Below, piece after piece: positions 30,556 through 43,635 of a stretch of 64,000 nucleotides of DNA (positions are counted from its first letter, which is position 1; the number at the start of each line of letters is the position of its first letter). The notes under the pieces were generated by a model. That model was not told the DNA's origin. It saw nothing but the letters and a program-made list of their open reading frames with translations, and did not search any database. This stretch comes from Octopus vulgaris (taxonomy: Eukaryota). The stretch lies in the NCBI GenBank assembly GCA_951406725.2, contig OX597815.1, forward strand, positions 171,554,001 through 171,618,000. Reading direction: 5' to 3'. A program made the position numbers and the translations under genes.

Positions 30556-31232
30556 CATGTATAGGCACTGCGGAACTGCAGCACCCCCTATTTCCACCCG
30601 ATATTATCGATAACATTCAATATAACGAGTCCTTTTTTTCTTTAATTCTTTCTTTATACTTGTACATTATATAATCCTTAAGCTTAATGTCAGCAGTCAT
30701 CCTCCAGTTTATGAAAAAAATACAAAAATCCCTGAATAGAACTATGCGCTTCGCACATCCAGCGATGCGGTATTTGGCTGTTGTTCGCATGCTCACATGT
30801 CCGTGGGAGAGAGAGCGCTCCGTGAACAACAGTGCCAACCCCGGTGTTCTGTTGGAAGGAGGTGCTTCTTTTTGACTCCGCATGTGTTGTGCTTAAAAAC
30901 GTGTTTATATTCTTGAATGCGATAAAGTGTAGAATTAGATTATTACCCTGCTTCCAGTTTCAGTGTTGCTACCAGGATTTGAAAAATGGGGCACATTCCC
31001 ACCCTGCTATTTTGTGATTTAGGGAGGATTTTTGAAAAACAAGGGGGAATTCGCGGCGATGTTCAGTGAACAAATTAAGCACGCTGCACGGCAGTGGCTA
31101 AAACGCGAACCGATCAAGTTTACGTATAAATTTTTTTTTATATCTTTGTTTCCTTTTAGACAATATTAAAACAACGACTAAAAATATTTCTGAAGCAGCA
31201 CCCCAACTAATTTTATCTACGAGCAGCCACTG
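30556..31232. mobile_element. hAT-type deletion derivative
   Basis: 8-bp TSD GTCATTGG at 30548-30555 and 31233-31240, right end ...GCCACTG, subterminal GCAGCACCCC at both ends. Minus-strand GLALLFTER resembles the end of the hAT dimerisation domain. Confidence 0.6.
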
Positions 31233-31388
31233 GTCATTGGGTTATGGCAACGGTTGGGTACCACTCTGAATGGGGTTTTGTCGAATAAATCGACTCTAGT
31301 ACTTATTACTGATTTTTTAAGGTCTAGTAGTTATGGTATTTCTTTTATCGAACTGCGCTAAGTTACGGTAATGTTAGACACACAAACG

Positions 31389-31420
<32 letters not shown>

Positions 31421-31801
31421 TACAATCCCTACACATTTTATCTCTTTTTTAAAAATTTTTTTCTTCTCAACCCTTTCTATCGGAAAGAGTAAGCTTGAAA
31501 CGTCAAAGACTTCCATTCTTCCCGAGCGTCAAACTAGTACACCTGATTGTTGTTCCCTCACCTGTCTTGTTTTCGTTAAACTTGAATTGCATACATACAT
31601 ACATACATACATACATACATACATACATACATACATACATACGGTAGTCTTCCACATAGTTTCCGTCTATCAAATTTATTCACAAGGCTTTGGTCGGCCA
31701 GGGACTATAATTGAAGACAATCCTCGAAGTTATTGCGCAATAGGACCGAAGCCAAAACCTCGTAGCTGCAAAGCGAGTTTCTAAACCAGACAGCCATGTC
31801 T

Positions 31802-32174
31802 TCTTCTCTTGTCTTGAGACAGCATTCACCCGGGGTGGGTTGAGCTGGCTTCATTCATCCTCAATGAATGAAACGGTGAAACGGAACTGTCAGAGCTATG
31901 CCGTCGGAGACTTCGGTTTCTAATAGGGCCACCCAAGGCAGATTGTTCTGACACCCGGCGGTATCAGAGCCGCACCCGGCTTACGGGGCTCTGGTGAACA
32001 GAAGCATCTGATCCGGCAACAGGCGACTTCAACCCGTCCTGTCCCTGCATCTGTGGAAAATCTACGGCAAACAAGACGTTCTCCCAACAGGGATATACTT
32101 GCGGCTGGGAACCGCTAGTAAATTTCCTATTCCCAAGATCCTTCAAACGTTCCTCATGTACATCGCACCATCTA
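31802..32174. mobile_element. 373-bp GC-richer insertion with 15-bp TSD (probable non-autonomous retroposon)
   Basis: TSD CAGACAGCCATGTCT at 31787-31801 and 32175-32189. It interrupts a SINE head, and TCTTCTCTT at the left end could be a minus-strand tail. Confidence 0.75.
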
Positions 32175-34271
32175 CAGACAGCCATGTCTGCGCCAAGCAG
32201 ACCATATTTTTCATTTCTTTTCTTTTTTTTCTATGGATATTAACTGTTACATATCGAGTGAAGACGTACATGGTTCTAACAACTAGTGTCGGATTAAGCT
32301 AGGAACAAAAGTAAAATATGCTGTAAACTGTGCTTTGCCAGAGGCCTGTTGTTTAACTAAATGCTTTATTAATAGATCCTCTACTGCTTGCAAATTTTAT
32401 GACCGATTAGTCGTTTAAGATTAATTGAAAACTCGGAATACTTCAGAACTCCAATACACTTTACATTAAATGCATGCAAGCCATCAATTCCGATTCAGTG
32501 ATTCTGTACTTGTTCTGTTACAATAGTACTATTTACTGTCGTTAACTTTTATGAACGACTGGGTGTTTAAAGCTGATCCAGTACCCAGAATACTTTCAAC
32601 ATCTAATACATGTTAAATTGAACAAATTATAGTAATCAAATTGAATGGCAACAGTAAATGGGCAGGCTTACTTCGTTTTTGTCGAATGCTAATTAATAGA
32701 CTTGTCGTTCTGTTTCTCTATTTCGATGCATAAATTCGTCATACAATAATTGAGCTTAATGATTAAGATCGCTTGAACGAATCAGATTATTTTACTAATA
32801 TATTATACATATCGAAATGTTAACAATTCCCATTAAATCAAATCGACATTGTTTACATACATACATAATACATACATACATAGTTTCTAGCTGAACCTGA
32901 TGTTTTTTTAGCAAAACTTTGCCGTAAATAACAAGTTTAACTTGATATGGTCGCATTTTCAACACTAGACTAGAAAACAAATTCTGTTATTACTGAAAAT
33001 ATCTTAACGGCATACCTACACAAGAATGCTCCTCTCCTACCGATTTTGTTTCCTCATAACCTTCAGAAAAAGGGATCTTTTTTATATGAAATTTTCTACA
33101 AATATCTTTCACATGGCGTACATTTCGATTACATCAGAATTTCATGTGCAAAAAATAAAGAAAATAATGGGCGCGTACATAAACATACTAATACACATAT
33201 CACACGCACGCGCGCACACACACATACACGCGCGCGCACACACACAAACTTAATTAATGCACACACACCCCCCAAAAAAAACGGAGAAAAAACACTAGAA
33301 AAAAACCACAACGCGAAGACGTGGTACATGCAATGTATTAATAAGATATTCAGGGAAGGAAATAAAGGGTGTTTTTATGTTTCGAGCAAAGCTCCTCTTC
33401 AAAATCAGGAGACAGTGGAGAGTCCAAAAGAAAAGGGAGAAAATTAAACTTTGAAATTTAAAAAAAGTTGTCATGTGTGTCGGTATGTGTGTGAGCGCCA
33501 ACCATTTTTTTTTTTTTTTACATTAAATTCTTATATAATCATAATCTACACCATCTTTAAAATACCCATTTCTTTAAAAAATACCTATTTTTCTGGAAGC
33601 TAAGAGGAAACAAAATAGACTCGTGCGATTTTGCCGAAACTCCTCTCTGCTCTCTCCGAAATTTTTTTCACAATAAATTCCGATATAATTCCGCCGAGGT
33701 CGACTTTACCTTTCATCCTTACGGGGTCGATAAATCAAGTACCAATTGCCCGCCCCCCCCCCCCGCTTCCCTCCCCAAAATTATTTGGCCTTGTGTCTAG
33801 AGTAGAAAAGAATAAATTCCGATATATAATTAGACTATATTTGTTGAAAATTTCATGAGAAATATATCCATTTTTCTGAAAGTTGTGAAGAAACAAATTC
33901 AGGCGGGAAAATTAATTTAAATTCTGTTAAGGCTGTGAATAATTCATACATCTTAATTCCTTCAACAACAATGTATTAGTGATTTCATGTAGCGATGTAA
34001 CATTTCGTTTTGGCTCAAAACGAATTAAGCCTCTATATAGGAAAAGGCTGCGCATTAATATTCGGCACGATGAGAGCACCTTAATCGTCGCCGCCAGGGT
34101 CAATATCTTAAAGGTTTCGAACATATCAGTTTGCAAGTAAATATCATGCTTTTATGTACAAATAAATGAATAGTGACATTATTGTATTCATTTTCATCCA
34201 TTCAGCTTTTTGCTAGTGATGTACTTGCATAGCAAGTGACCTGATCTGAGATCGTGTGCTGGAACGAAAAG

Positions 34272-34552
34272 AATTGCAGCGTGGAAGGTGTTTATAAGCC
34301 CTTTAAGAAACACACAAAAACCGTTAGATTCACTTCAACATTTAAATTCAATTTGCCAAAATATTTTCGTCGCTTTGAGACCGCGACCTGTTCACTGACA
34401 AAATTCCGTGATGCACCACGAAACTGAAGTGAACAGGTCGCGGTCTCAAAGCAACGAAAATGTTTTGGCAAATTAAATTTAAATATTGAAGTGAATCTAA
34501 CGGTTTTTGTGTGTTTCTTAAATGGCTTATAAACACCTTCCACGCTACAATT
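34272..34552. repeat. 281-bp inverted repeat (125-bp arms, 31-bp spacer)
   Basis: Arms 34272-34396 and 34428-34552 are near-perfect reverse complements, and the right arm abuts (TA)n. Confidence 0.9.
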
Positions 34553-34553
34553 G

Positions 34554-34604
<51 letters not shown>

Positions 34605-34745
34605 AGGAAAAAATCTATCAGAAAGGAACTCTATATCTCTTTTAAAAAAATATCTTTTGATAAGCATAACAAATGCGCAACCGGTAAAAAGAGCTTTCAC
34701 CTAATTAAATTACTTAAATTATTTTGTCAGCATTTTCTTCATTTC

Positions 34746-34810
<65 letters not shown>

Positions 34811-34820
34811 CATACATACA

Positions 34821-34852
<32 letters not shown>

Positions 34853-34955
34853 GATATAGTTAATCCAAACATGGAAACACAAAGAGAAAACACAACAACG
34901 CGAGGACGTGGAACAAGTATAGTATTGGACCCTCAGGAAAGAAGGAAAGAAGGAG

Positions 34956-34992
34956 TGTTTAACGATTCGAGCGGAGCTCTTCGTCAGAAACA
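34956..34992 (-). ncRNA. Minimal hammerhead motif in a PLE pLTR-like repeat
   Basis: Minus strand: tgttt CTGACGA a gagc-tcc-gctc GAAt CG TT aaaca, with one core substitution. Confidence 0.6.
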
Positions 34993-35075
34993 TAGGAAAA
35001 GGAGAGATCCAAAGAAGGGAAGACAGAGGAGAAAAATTGCCAACGGTACACACGCGGTCATATTTTGAATGAATA

Positions 35076-35472
35076 TCTTTATATATAAAAGTGAAGTTGT
35101 GTGTCTGTCTCCTACGATTTAGATTCCTAACTACTCCCACATTTTGCGGTGCAGTTTAACCAAAACCGGGTATCTTATAGTCGTGATTCATATCGAGCCC
35201 TTCTGGGTATTAGCGCGCGTCTACGATGAGTCTACGATTTAAAAAAAAATTTACCGTCGTTTTTCCCCATTTCAATGCATTTTTTCGCTATTATAGAAGG
35301 GAGGTAACTCTCTAAAAATGTCTACGATGAGTCAACGATTTAAAAAAAAATTACCATCATTTTTTTCCCATTTTTAATGCATTTTTTTGCTAGTTTTTGG
35401 CTATAACACTCTAAAAATGCTTATATAGTTATTTCCCTTACAAACCCGAGCAACGCCGGGCAATACTGCTAG
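35076..35472 (+). mobile_element. Non-autonomous Helitron
   Basis: A|TCTTTATATATAAA...CCCGAGCAACGCCGGG hairpin...CTAG|T, with no TSD. Confidence 0.85.
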
Positions 35473-35976
35473 TATATATATATAGTTAATCCAAACAAGA
35501 AAACACAAAAAAAAACACAGCAACGCGAGGACATGGAACAAATAAAGTATTATTGGACGCTCAGGAAAGAAGGGAAGGACTCTCCCGTCGAAGACGACGT
35601 ATGAGCGTCAGCTTTTGCTGAACGACCAACACAAATGATTTGTTTATAGTGATCAAATGTATTTGTTATACGTTAGCGCACTCCCGCCTTCAAGTCGACG
35701 TTGCATGAACAGGTGCACGGTGTACCACACGTCAGGTGTCGAAATGAATGATGTGTGTGTGTATAGACATACATACATACATACAGTGTATATTTACGCG
35801 CACACACACACACACTGCTCCTTCAAATACGCAGTTTGATACATAAAAATCATGAGTGCAATTACAATTCGGTAACAAAGCTATTTTGAAATTTAGGCCA
35901 CTACATGCGCACACTATCTCAGCCCCACTGATGTAAACTGAAGATAAATTGATATCCTAGTTGAACAACCTTGCTC

Positions 35977-36074
<98 letters not shown>

Positions 36075-36097
36075 CCTCTGTACATATACTCTCTATT

Positions 36098-36292
36098 ATA
36101 GGCACAAGGCCAGATATTTTGGGGCAAAAGACTAGTCGATTACATCGGCCGCAGTGTTTGGTACTTCATTTGTTGACCCCGAAAGGATAAAATGCAAAGT
36201 CGACTTCGGCGGAATTAGAACTCAGAACGTAAAGACAGACAAATTGCCGCCAAGCATTTTCCCGGCGTGCTAACGCTTCCGTCAGCTCGCCA
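36098..36292 (-). mobile_element. SINE family 2
   Basis: Reverse complement of the GGCGAGCTG head and the Meta-like core. Confidence 0.75.
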
Positions 36293-36540
36293 CTTTTCTC
36301 TCCCTGCATGTGTGTGTGTGTGTATGTGTGTGTGTGTGTTTGTGTGTTTGTGTGTTTATACACATACATATGTGTGTAAAATGAAAAAAAAGTTAAAACT
36401 AAACCTCCTCCCTACCTTTACCAACTTTTGCTTGCAGACTCATAATCGACGATGCTTACAACAATTAAACCTACAAAACTGAAGAAATTAGGATTTTGGC
36501 GCGCTAGATTATCTATGATACTGTTCGATATGAATGCCAT

Positions 36541-36574
<34 letters not shown>

Positions 36575-36593
36575 TCAATACAAATATATATAT

Positions 36594-36772
36594 AAGGTTG
36601 TTTACTATGGCCGGTCAGAGAGTGACCATTGGCTTCACACTTTTAAAGCATTTAGCTGTATAGGCGACTCGTCAGACTTATATGTTCCTGAGTCTGACGA
36701 GTCGCCTATACAGTTAAGCGCTTTATAGCGTAAAGCAATGGTCACTTTCTGACTGGCCGTAACAATCAACTT
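36594..36772. repeat. ~180-bp imperfect palindrome; a half copy lies at ~38632-38703
   Basis: Core CTGTATAGGCGACTCGTCAGACT / AGTCTGACGAGTCGCCTATACAG, with imperfect arms extending outward. Confidence 0.8.
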
Positions 36773-37271
36773 TCTAAATATATTACAGCATTAAAGTTTT
36801 AGAGCGTGCTTCGAATATATGAACTGTAGATCAAGAGGAAACTAAGTCACCGGCATACTTGAACCGATAAGTCCATCCACATACACATGCACTCATACTT
36901 AGATTACTTTGGTTTAATCACACAAACGTTTCACTGTCATATAAACATGGTATGCTTAAAGATACAGTTGGTATTTATCATAAAATCAGTTAAGCCGCAT
37001 GTAAACAACTCAGATGACAATATTCTGTAACAAAACTGAGAACAGTTTTTTTTTTTCATAGATTTACTTATGGACGCAGGTATGGCCCTTGTGGATAAGA
37101 AACTCGCATTGCAACTTCGTGGTGTCGAGTTCAGTCCCACTGTACGATACCTTGGGAAAGTATCATCTGCTATAGCTCAGGGTTGACCGATGACTTGTGA
37201 ATGAATTTGGTAAACGAAAACTGTGGAAGCACGCCGCATATATATGTATGTATATATATATATAAATGCGC

Positions 37272-37504
37272 CCTTATAAAGCCTAGCCAGGATCATGGGT
37301 CCGGTTTCCCGGTTTCTATGGCGTATGTGTTCTCCAGCTGGACGGGACGCCGGTCCATCGCAGCGTTACTCATTTTTGCCAGCTGAGTGGACTGGAGCAA
37401 CGTGAAATGAAGTGTTTTACTCAAGAACACAACGCATCGCACAGGAATCGAAACCACAATCTTACAATCATGATGCTGACACCCTAACCACTAAGCCACG
37501 TGCC
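37272..37504 (-). mobile_element. SINE family 3 (V-domain-like)
   Basis: Minus strand has a tRNA-like head GTGGCTTAGTGGTTAGGGTG and CTGCGATGGACCGGCGTCCCGTCCAG, which resembles the V-SINE domain. Confidence 0.7.
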
Positions 37505-37510
37505 TACACG

Positions 37511-38068
<558 letters not shown>

Positions 38069-38072
38069 TATA

Positions 38073-38134
<62 letters not shown>

Positions 38135-38853
38135 CATTTATATATATATATGCATAGCTGAAAAAAGATTAGAGATCCATACGAATCAAATTTTTATATA
38201 TAAAGGATGGAGGTGGAAATAGCACAGAAATAAGTCTAAGCCATTTCAATTTAAGAGTGAATTTAATAAAAAATGATTTTAAAAAATTATATAAAGAAGT
38301 TATTACCGGTTTTGATGAATCTCATCAAATATCAATAAAAATTTATAAAAATTTTAAAGTAAAAACAGTTTATCTTCTGTCTGAAGACATGTTCTTGACC
38401 CCCAGACAGAAGATAAACTGTTTTACTTCAAATTTTATAAATGTTTACTGATATTTAGTTAGTAAGAAGTAATATTTTCCCTCTAAAATTGAAATGTCTT
38501 ACACTTAATTTTGTGCTATATATATATATTATTGCTAGTGGATCATATATCCGAAAAAGAAGCACACTATAAAAGTTAGAGCAGTAATATATTTACATGA
38601 AATTAAATATATGTCCGGTCTCGATCCATAAAGGCGCCTATACAGCTCAATGCTTTGTAAGTGCGAAGCCAAAGGTCACTCTCTGACCGGCCATAATAAA
38701 CGATGTAATATACAGATATAGATATATAGATATATATAATTAATCCAAAAAAATAAAACGAAGAAACACACACAAGAAGAAAAAAAAATCAACAATGCGA
38801 GGACGTGGTACATGCAAAGTATTAACAGATGCTCAGGGTAGGAAAGAAAGTTA

Positions 38854-38888
38854 GTCTTACGTTTCGAGCAAAGCTCTTCTTCAGAAAC
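38854..38888 (-). ncRNA. Minimal hammerhead ribozyme motif with intact core
   Basis: Minus strand: gttt CTGAAGA a gagc-ttt-gctc GAAA CG TA agac. It has the CUGANGA/GAAA core, a GUA site and a palindromic ACGT stem III as in PLE minimal hammerheads. Confidence 0.7.
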
Positions 38889-39029
38889 AGGGGACAGGAA
38901 AGTCAAAGAGAAAAGGAAGACGGAGAAAAAAAATCGCCAACAATCGGGTGCCCCAGTATGGCCGCGGCCTTCGGGCTAAAACATTTTTAAGGATTTAAGG
39001 ATTTTAATCCACATGTACTTACTAACCCG

Positions 39030-39866
39030 AAGGCACTACAATCCCAGAGTCACATGCAGGGAAAGACGTGGGGATTAGCATGTGAAATGACGCATCATTT
39101 CATATTCACATAAGTAAGATAGCAGCAACATGCAGACAACTGACCGGATGGATACTGAGATTCTTCAAGACAAGAGAGCAAGAAAGTATGTTGACCCCGT
39201 GGAGAACCTTTGTTCTCGGTCGCCTGGACTATTGTTCCCAGTTATGATCGCCACAGTGCCAAACTAACAGCGGAGCTTGAAGCAGGCCAACTCCACTACA
39301 CTAAAGATTTTGAAACAGTGTAGTGGATGAGCTATAGGGATAGGTTGAGAAAACTACAGCTTGGTTGAGAAAACTTCGCTCCATGGAGCGAAGGCGTGAC
39401 AGACACACAATAATATACATATAGAAAATCCTAGAAGGGCTAGTACCTAACTTTGGCATTGAGTGTTATACACGTGCCAGAACTGGCCGCCTTTGCATTG
39501 TACTAAAGGTACCGTCCACTCCATCTAAATTCAGGACTAGGTATTGCAATAGTCTAGGGTTCAAAGGCCCACAGCTTTTCAATGCCCTGCCACAAAAATT
39601 AAGAAATTTGCATAAGATGGAAGTAGATGTCTTCGAAAAAGGAATTAGACATCCTCCTCTCCACAATACCAACAGCCCGACATGAGGTAGAGACGAGGGC
39701 TGCGGAATCAAACTCAGTTATACATCAAATGTACCAACAGCTGGGAAAAAGGCACATACAGGAGTGGTGTTGTGAAACACCCAGACTGAGGAAGTCAGAA
39801 AGACCATGGTGGTGCTTCAGCATGGCCACAGCTGCATGGCTGAAACGAGTAAAAGATAGAAAAAGA

Positions 39867-39868
<2 letters not shown>
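39030..39868 (+). mobile_element. Decayed CR1-clade LINE 3' fragment related to family A
   Basis: Homologous to 12780-13560 (e.g. AACTTTGGCATTGAG..GCCAGAACTGG, GGCCCACAGCT) with many stops and frameshifts. Ends in the shared 3' hairpin followed by GAGTAAAAGA. Confidence 0.85.
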
Positions 39869-39898
<30 letters not shown>

Positions 39899-39900
<2 letters not shown>

Positions 39901-40146
39901 AGGCGCGTGGCTTAGTGGTTAGGGTGCTGAACTCATGGTCGTAAGGTTGTGGTTTCTATTCATGGACCGGGCGATGCCTTGTGTTCTTGAGCAAAACACT
40001 TCATTTTCACGTTGCTCCAGTCAACTCTGCTGGCAAAAATGAGTAATCCTGTGACGGACCAGCGTCCCGTCCAGGTGGGGGAATTTCTACGCCACTTAAA
40101 CCGGGAAACCGGCCCTTATGAGCTTGGCATAGCTCGAGAAGGAACA
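39899..40146 (+). mobile_element. SINE family 3 (V-domain-like)
   Basis: GGAGGCGCGTGGCTTAGTGGTTAGG...CCTGTGACGGACCAGCGTCCCGTCCAGG. Confidence 0.7.
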
Positions 40147-40611
40147 TATATATATATATATATATATATATAGGAAAAATTGAAAATGGCGAGAGACGCT
40201 CAAGATGTTATTAAATCATATCTTCATTTAATCGACATGTTTCGAGGGGTGCGTTCAATATACATCCGACAAGATGAATACTGTTCAGCAATGCATCAAT
40301 CTGTTAAAATGTCTATTTGATGAGCACTGTTGTTTATATCCTCTCTGAGATTGATGCATTTCTGAACAATATTCATCCTGTCGGTAGCATTTTTAATGCA
40401 TCCTTCAAAACATACATCGATGATAGGAAGACATGAATGATTTAATAACATCTTGTTGAGCGTTTGTCTCCAATTCCGATTTTTCTTATGTTCTCCTAAA
40501 TACGTCTCGCTTCTGTGCGGTATTAAATCCCACACACTGATTTCTGGGACACTTAAGCAACATTTAGCTACCTTCTAATTATTCCCGTGGATCTTTCCTA
40601 TATACATACAC

Positions 40612-40655
<44 letters not shown>

Positions 40656-40991
40656 CTCGCACGCACACACACATACGGCATTCCTATATATATGGGTGGG
40701 GACACATTGGAGAGTTTTTGCTGCATTTTTGACTGAGACAAATATATTTTTTACAGATGTTCACTACTTTACAAAATCTATATTAGCTAAACAGATGACC
40801 TTCTTTAATTGCATTAAAAAGATGATAACATCATCTGATCACCATTTCAGCATATAAAGACAAATTTAGATGGGGCAAAATGAGCAACCCAAAACTAGAT
40901 AAATTTGCCGCTTCAAATTCTCCAGAATCATATGTGGAAATAGATTCACACACATCAATATCTATCCCTATACATAAAAAGCTCCGAAATG

Positions 40992-41027
<36 letters not shown>

Positions 41028-41399
41028 AATATCTTGATCAAATGAAGGAGGATCATGGAACAATGGCACATGATATGAAATTTACGAAACTCGACTAAAA
41101 TTTTTAAAAAATGATATTCTCTATACTTTCTTGATGATCTTTTGGAGTGGCTCTCTTCCATATATATTTACACACCATGCAGTTAAAGAAAAGAAATTAA
41201 TAAGAAAAAGGGATGACACTATAAAACGATGGTTATGTTATGTACTTCATTGGCTTACAGCTGTTTCTGCAATAAGATGCAGTGAAATCATAGCTGAGTG
41301 TCTGAATAGCTTTCCTATAGCTTCATCGGAGCTTCTAACATGAAGTGCAATTTTTCCGGGAAGAAAGGAATTACATTTGTGCAATATATAGTGAGAAGA

Positions 41400-41632
41400 A
41401 AGGCGGCGAGCTGGCAGAAACGTTAGCACGCCGGACGAAATGCGTAGCCGTATTTCGTCTGCCGTTACGTTCTCAGTTCAAATTCAGCCGAGGTCGACTT
41501 TGCCTTTCATCCTTTCGTGATCGATAACTAAAGTACCAGTTTCGCACTGGGGATCGATATAATCGACTTAATCCCTTTGTCTGTTCTTGTTTGTACCCTC
41601 TATGTTTAGCCCCTTGTAGGCAATAAAGAAAT
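41400..41632 (+). mobile_element. SINE family 2 with long TSD
   Basis: Flanked by ATATATAGTGAGAAGAAA and ATATTTAGTGAGAAGAAA. Confidence 0.85.
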
Positions 41633-42903
41633 ATATTTAGTGAGAAGAAATTAGTGTGTGAAAAAAATGACTTGGAATCCAACAGAGAAAAGAACATTGA
41701 TTGTTAAACACCAAAAAAAAAAAAAAAAAACTATCCAGATATTTTATTAGCAGCTTCAATTACAATTGGATCAAAGTCGAGGAAAAATTTCTTAAAGAAT
41801 AAAGTACCTGCCACCTGATTATGTTTCCGGCTCTCTCAACTTAAATAACAACTACGCTGATTAAGCTTTATTACTAAAGATGATGCAATACTTGCAATGT
41901 TAAGATTTCGAACTGGTAGAGAGGAAATAAGGAGAAATCAGAAATTACTCATTTTACAACGGCCAGCCTCCATTATATTTATATGTTTTTGTACATATAT
42001 ATTTATATGTTTTTGTGCCCCTTTCCCATCATTTGTCAGCCGGTGTTGGTATGTTAATGTCCTCCTAACTTAGCAGTTGGGTAAATTTTTAAAAAACTAA
42101 TACTGGGTCAGATTAGTTTCGACTGAAGGCGGTGCCCCAGCGGCATGGTCTCAATCCAACGAATAAAACATATAAAAGATAAAAAGGATAATAATATTTT
42201 TATACCCGACATGAAATCAAAATAGAAAAAAAAATTGAAATCAAGGAAATCACAAAATATCATAAATAAAACTAGATCTTACTCAAAATGTAATCCTGGC
42301 AACGTTGTTATTTTGTATGGAATGGGTTTTTTTCTTTTATTGTTTTGTTTTGTTTTTTCTTGATTTGAAACAGATACTGTGTTGTATCTTTAAAGAGTAG
42401 TCCTGTTTTGCAAATATGTTTGTTTTTTAAATCTGATCAAGGGATCTGTAAACAATCACAGGTGTGTCGAATTGTTTTGTTATTAATAACCAGGTAATTA
42501 AGCTAATAACGATCACAATCAGTGTCTGCGTTGGCAAAAATGACTTCTTCCAAAGTACAGTAATGATTTCCTACATTGGCAAATGTCCACTGACTCTTAG
42601 AAGCTTACGTATTCATATTTAATCCATCCCAGCAAGTTGAATACGGCGTATTATTCAGCGGGTAGTTTAAAAAAAATGTGTGTCACTGCGCCCTAGCAAA
42701 GCGTGTCAAATTTCTGAGTACACATACACCTTTACAAGGCCTATGAATGAAACGAAATATAAGTACTTAAATACGGGTGTGGATCTGGTGTTATGGAGCT
42801 AGCTTTGCAACCAGTGTGCCTTCCTTTCAGTCTCTCTAATCCCTGGTAGACCAATGCCTTGTGAGTGAAAATGGTGCATATATGTACATATATTTATATT
42901 TAT

Positions 42904-42967
<64 letters not shown>

Positions 42968-43021
42968 TCCCCGCCCACTACTTAAAACGACTGGTGCTGG
43001 TTTGTATACATCTCTGTAATC

Positions 43022-43578
43022 CAGTGGTTCCCATCCTGCGGTACGCGTACCACTTGTGGTACGTGAGGGCTTTCCAGGTGGTATGTGAAGGCTTTCCAGG
43101 TGGTACGTGAGCACTTTCGGGGTAATGTGCAATTTTTAGTTTGTGCCGTTTCCAATATTTGGCCAGTATGTGATTTATGCTTTCCAAATCAACCAACCAG
43201 TAATCAGTACTTTTCGATTACTGCCATACCAGTGGTTACCTTTTATTCGCTCTCTCTACAGTGATCAGCGCCGTCCAACCAATGCGCGTGGCCTTGAGCA
43301 TGGCGTGCTGCTATGTGTTTCCTTGAAGGGCACGCGCGTACAAAATGTGCTGTGTGCTCATTAACGACACTTGTTTGTTTGGTTTCTGGTGCGTGTCTTT
43401 GTTCTCTCTGGGCTGGGTAGAGACTGACTGGGAGCTAGCGAGGAAGGCATATCGTTACAAGTTAATATTTTCTTCACAAAAATGTTTACTACCATATACA
43501 AGGTAATCTGGCAACGTTTGATTACTTTCATACCCATAATTTTCTTATCGTGTATATTTATTATTATTATTATTAGTT

Positions 43579-43635
<57 letters not shown>

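Noticed and set aside
40225-40355. Possible hammerhead (CCTC-GAAACATGTC-GATT on the minus strand)
   Set aside because: The 3' half fits, but no acceptable CUGANGA half was found.
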